A stretch of 64,000 bases of DNA, taken from the NCBI GenBank assembly GCA_019058445.1, contig JAHPZA010000006.1, positions 864,001-928,000 on the forward strand. Direction: 5' to 3'. The stretch comes from Promethearchaeota archaeon. Lineage in GTDB: Archaea > Asgardarchaeota > Lokiarchaeia > Sigyniarchaeales > SOKP01. Of this stretch, positions 60,900 through 64,000 are shown in pieces (position 1 is the stretch's first letter; the number at the start of each line of letters is the position of its first letter). The translations under genes and the position numbers were made by a program. The notes beneath the pieces were generated by a model, which ran no database searches, was not told the origin of the DNA, and worked only from the letters and a program-made list of their open reading frames with translations.

Positions 60900-63023
60900 G
60901 TGAGTAGTAAAAAAAAACATGAAAAAATAGTTCTTTTTTGTCCTGAGTGTGGCATTTCGATCTCACACAGAAGGATATTAAATGAAGGAGAAGTTCGCTT
61001 AAGGTATGTTTTTTGTCCAGAATGTGGAAAAAAAATTGATTTCACAAATTATATGACAGAAACAAGTAGTAATGTTAAATCATCTGATAAGAATGATTTT
61101 GAAGATAAGTTGGATAAAGCTTTAGATATTATAATTAATGATAGAAACTTTTCTAAGGGTTTTAAAAATATACTTCATCGTTTTATTGCTCGATTGAGCT
61201 ATATAAAATTGAAAGAGGTTGAAAAAGAGAAAAAAACACCAATTTCACAGATGCTTCTTACAAGGGAATTAATTAATTTGATAGAAGATAAATTATCTCC
61301 AATAATAAACAAAAAACCGATTTTGAGCGTTTTAAAATATCTAGATCAGTCAGATTACCCTGACTTTTTCTTAGATCTTAAAAGGTATCAGATAAAGCTT
61401 CGAAAAAGTAAGAAATATCGAAAAGCTTATTCTATATACGTACGATGGTTAATAGGGATAGTTTATAGAATTATAAATCAAATTAATATTGAGAAGGGAT
61501 TATATGAATATCAAAAAACCATTCGAGACGATTTAGTTAAATATTTTAAATTAGAAAAAAATTATGAAGAAAAATCGAATGATAAAGAAATGACGAATGA
61601 TCTAGCAAAAATAAAGAAGAAAATTATAGAAATAGACTGGGAAAATGTTAGCGATGATAGGATTATAGACAAGTCAATAAACGGGGTTTTAATAAAGACT
61701 ATTATATTAGATCCATTTAAAGATTGCGATATAGAATCAAATCCCCTTTATATGCATAAAGAATGGCTGGAAAAGCTATATAACGGATTAAATCTTAGTG
61801 ATGGTAAGATTGCTAAGTTATGTGGTTGTAAGAGTCGTAGGTCAATTTGGGATTGGAGAAAACGGCATGGAATTGACACAAAAGAGGAGTTGGAATATTA
61901 TTTAGATAAGCAAGGATATAAAAGTATATTAATGCCTCCCGATTATCGTCACCCTCAAATGGCAATTATTCCTTCGCGCAGACAGACAATAGGAGAACAT
62001 CGGGTTGTTATGGAAAGATTCATGATGCAAAACCCCGATTTAGAAATATCTAAGAAATACTTGATAGATGGAAAATATTTAACCGTAGGAACAATAGTCC
62101 ACCATATTAATCATGTCAAATCAGATAACCGAATTGAAAACTTGTGGTTATATCCAAATAAAAAAGAACATCATACTCAGGCGAAATCGAGTTTAAATGA
62201 ATGTTTAAGTGCATTAATCAAGATAAAACAGATTATTTTTAGTAATGGAGAATATAAGTTTGATAGTAGTTTCGACTATAGAAATACATATAATAAAAGA
62301 AAAATTCGAGAAATCATTAAACCTGTAGAATTTAAAGTTCTATTTGAAAATATTGCCGAAATCAAAGAAGAAATTAAAGAATGGGATTGGGAAAAGATTT
62401 CTGATAATTGGACAGTTTCTATTAACAAATATCGTACTAGTAGAGGTTCAGGAGAAGAAACAATTTTATTAGATCCATATTCAGATTGCTCAGATTCAAA
62501 TCCCCTTCACATGCATAAAGAATGGCTGGAAACGATTGTGAATGATATTAGATTTAATTTAACAGATTCTCGTCTAGGTGAGTTATGTGGTATATCTCGC
62601 GGAATGGCTCTTTACTGGAGAGAGAAAATTCATAAAATCAAAAGAGCTAAAATTGGTTTTATTAGATTTCTGGATGAAACTGGCTACATTAGAATAAAAG
62701 TTCCAGATAGTTATAAGAATCCATTCGTTCGAGAATTAAATATACCATTTAAGATAATGAGAGAACATCGATATATTGCTGAAAGATCTCTTGCAAAAAG
62801 CTCTGATTTGGAATTGAAGATTAAATTTTTATACGAAAAAAAATACCTCTACTCTCATGTTCATGTTCACCATATTAATCTTGATAAAATTGATAACAGA
62901 ACTGAGAATTTATATATAAATGATGAACATAAAAAGATACATAGCCAGTTGTATTCATTATTAGAACAATTGATGAAGAATGACTTTATTGGATTTAAAA
63001 AAGGAAGGTATTTCTTATTATAA
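60900..63023 (+). CDS. Zn-ribbon protein with two tandem HTH-HNH endonuclease modules
   Basis: CPECG twice; EHRVVME...VHHINHVKSDNRIENL and EHRYIAE...VHHINLDKIDNRTENL. Confidence 0.85.
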   Translation: MSSKKKHEKIVLFCPECGISISHRRILNEGEVRLRYVFCPECGKKIDFTNYMTETSSNVKSSDKNDFEDKLDKALDIIINDRNFSKGFKNILHRFIARLSYIKLKEVEKEKKTPISQMLLTRELINLIEDKLSPIINKKPILSVLKYLDQSDYPDFFLDLKRYQIKLRKSKKYRKAYSIYVRWLIGIVYRIINQINIEKGLYEYQKTIRDDLVKYFKLEKNYEEKSNDKEMTNDLAKIKKKIIEIDWENVSDDRIIDKSINGVLIKTIILDPFKDCDIESNPLYMHKEWLEKLYNGLNLSDGKIAKLCGCKSRRSIWDWRKRHGIDTKEELEYYLDKQGYKSILMPPDYRHPQMAIIPSRRQTIGEHRVVMERFMMQNPDLEISKKYLIDGKYLTVGTIVHHINHVKSDNRIENLWLYPNKKEHHTQAKSSLNECLSALIKIKQIIFSNGEYKFDSSFDYRNTYNKRKIREIIKPVEFKVLFENIAEIKEEIKEWDWEKISDNWTVSINKYRTSRGSGEETILLDPYSDCSDSNPLHMHKEWLETIVNDIRFNLTDSRLGELCGISRGMALYWREKIHKIKRAKIGFIRFLDETGYIRIKVPDSYKNPFVRELNIPFKIMREHRYIAERSLAKSSDLELKIKFLYEKKYLYSHVHVHHINLDKIDNRTENLYINDEHKKIHSQLYSLLEQLMKNDFIGFKKGRYFLL

Positions 63024-63134
63024 CTTAGAATTTGTTATTTTATTTTTATTATTATTAATTCATGTTAAAACTTGTTGATAAACGTGCCAGCTAATTAATT
63101 AAATAATTATGTACAATCATCAAAATATAAGATA

Positions 63135-64000
63135 ATGATTGATGAAAAAAGAATAGAAGAGAATTTAAAGATTGTTTCTTTTCCGAGATTATCGGGAACC
63201 TATGGCGAGAGAGAGGTTTTTGAAAAAGTTGAAGAAAAGATAAAGGAATTAAACTTAAAACCAATAATCCAAGAATTCACATTTAGCACTTATTTTGGGA
63301 GAACATATGCTAAACTAGCTTTCTCCATGGGGTTTGCATTACTTCTTATTTTCTATTTAAATATAGAATCAATTTTCTTTTTCCTAGCTACTTTAATCAT
63401 ATTATTAGGGTTTTTATATCTATTCTACATAGCTAGACATCCTGAAGAAATAAAGTTTAGAAAACAACTTACCTCGCAAAATATTTTTGTGAAGATCTCT
63501 CCAAAAGATAAACAAGAAGAGGAAAGCGATAAAAATATCTTTTTTATGTCTCATTTGGATTCCAAATCTCAGAGATTTTCAATCTTAATGCGTATAAGAA
63601 CAATAAGAACATATGTATTTTCTGCTATTGTTGCGTTTTTCTTAATTATTTTAAAGAACTATGTTATAACTCAATTTTCATTATTTTTGTACATCATTGG
63701 AGCTATCCCATTACTAATAAATTTAATTGCTACTATTTTAATCAATTTGAATACAACTAATAACATCTCAAATGGAGCTATTGATGATGGCTCTGGAATC
63801 GCGGTTGTTTTGGAATTATTAAATTATTATTCGAATTCTGAACACCATATTAACGATTATAATCTATGGTTTTTATTTAGCGGTGCTGAGGAGTGTGGTA
63901 CTATGGGAATTAGACATTTCTATAATAATAAAATAAAAAATTTAAACAGGAATACCTCATTACCCATTAATTTTGATGCGATTGGAAGAACCATATACAT
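63135..64000 (+). CDS. Membrane-embedded M28 peptidase paralogue (runs off the window end)
   Basis: MIDEKRIEENLKIVSFPRLSGT...SHLDSKSQR...GAIDDGSG...GAEECG; collinear with 59629..60789. Confidence 0.85.
   Translation, partial: MIDEKRIEENLKIVSFPRLSGTYGEREVFEKVEEKIKELNLKPIIQEFTFSTYFGRTYAKLAFSMGFALLLIFYLNIESIFFFLATLIILLGFLYLFYIARHPEEIKFRKQLTSQNIFVKISPKDKQEEESDKNIFFMSHLDSKSQRFSILMRIRTIRTYVFSAIVAFFLIILKNYVITQFSLFLYIIGAIPLLINLIATILINLNTTNNISNGAIDDGSGIAVVLELLNYYSNSEHHINDYNLWFLFSGAEECGTMGIRHFYNNKIKNLNRNTSLPINFDAIGRTIY

Noticed and set aside
1-64000. CRISPR arrays, rRNA, tRNA, transposases, integrases, reverse transcriptase
   Set aside because: None recognised by eye or in the ORF track; a highly divergent or intron-split tRNA could have been missed

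Overview
AT-rich archaeal chromosome segment whose gene content looks Asgard (Lokiarchaeia/Promethearchaeia-like): LRR and WD40 proteins sharing a Loki-type N-terminal domain, a pseudo-small-GTPase, 7TM membrane proteins and many tandem paralogues. The taxonomy is inferred from protein families. Layout: (1) 0.1-12.2 kb accessory region with LRR and WD40 genes, a 1450-aa nuclease-tipped toxin-like ORF, a metallophosphoesterase-RNaseH-like fusion, a candidate ~150-nt structured ncRNA and small decayed ORFs; (2) 12.3-29 kb with a split acyl-CoA ligase, a dispersed PolB2/RadA-like module, GMP synthase B, microproteins and a Val/Leu-rich leader peptide; (3) 29-58.7 kb carbohydrate uptake/catabolism region (6 MFS permeases, 3 Gfo/Idh/MocA, sulfatase-like, GH94-like, FGGY kinase, GH130, IlvD); (4) two M28 peptidase paralogues flanking a double-HNH gene. 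Top finding: the acyl-CoA ligase is interrupted by a 29-nt insert (13181-13209) inside a bulge-helix-bulge motif. Cutting at the canonical tRNA-splicing-endonuclease positions exactly restores the frame (LVPD|PRN), making it a candidate EndA-spliced mRNA intron. No rRNA, tRNA, CRISPR array or transposase was recognised.
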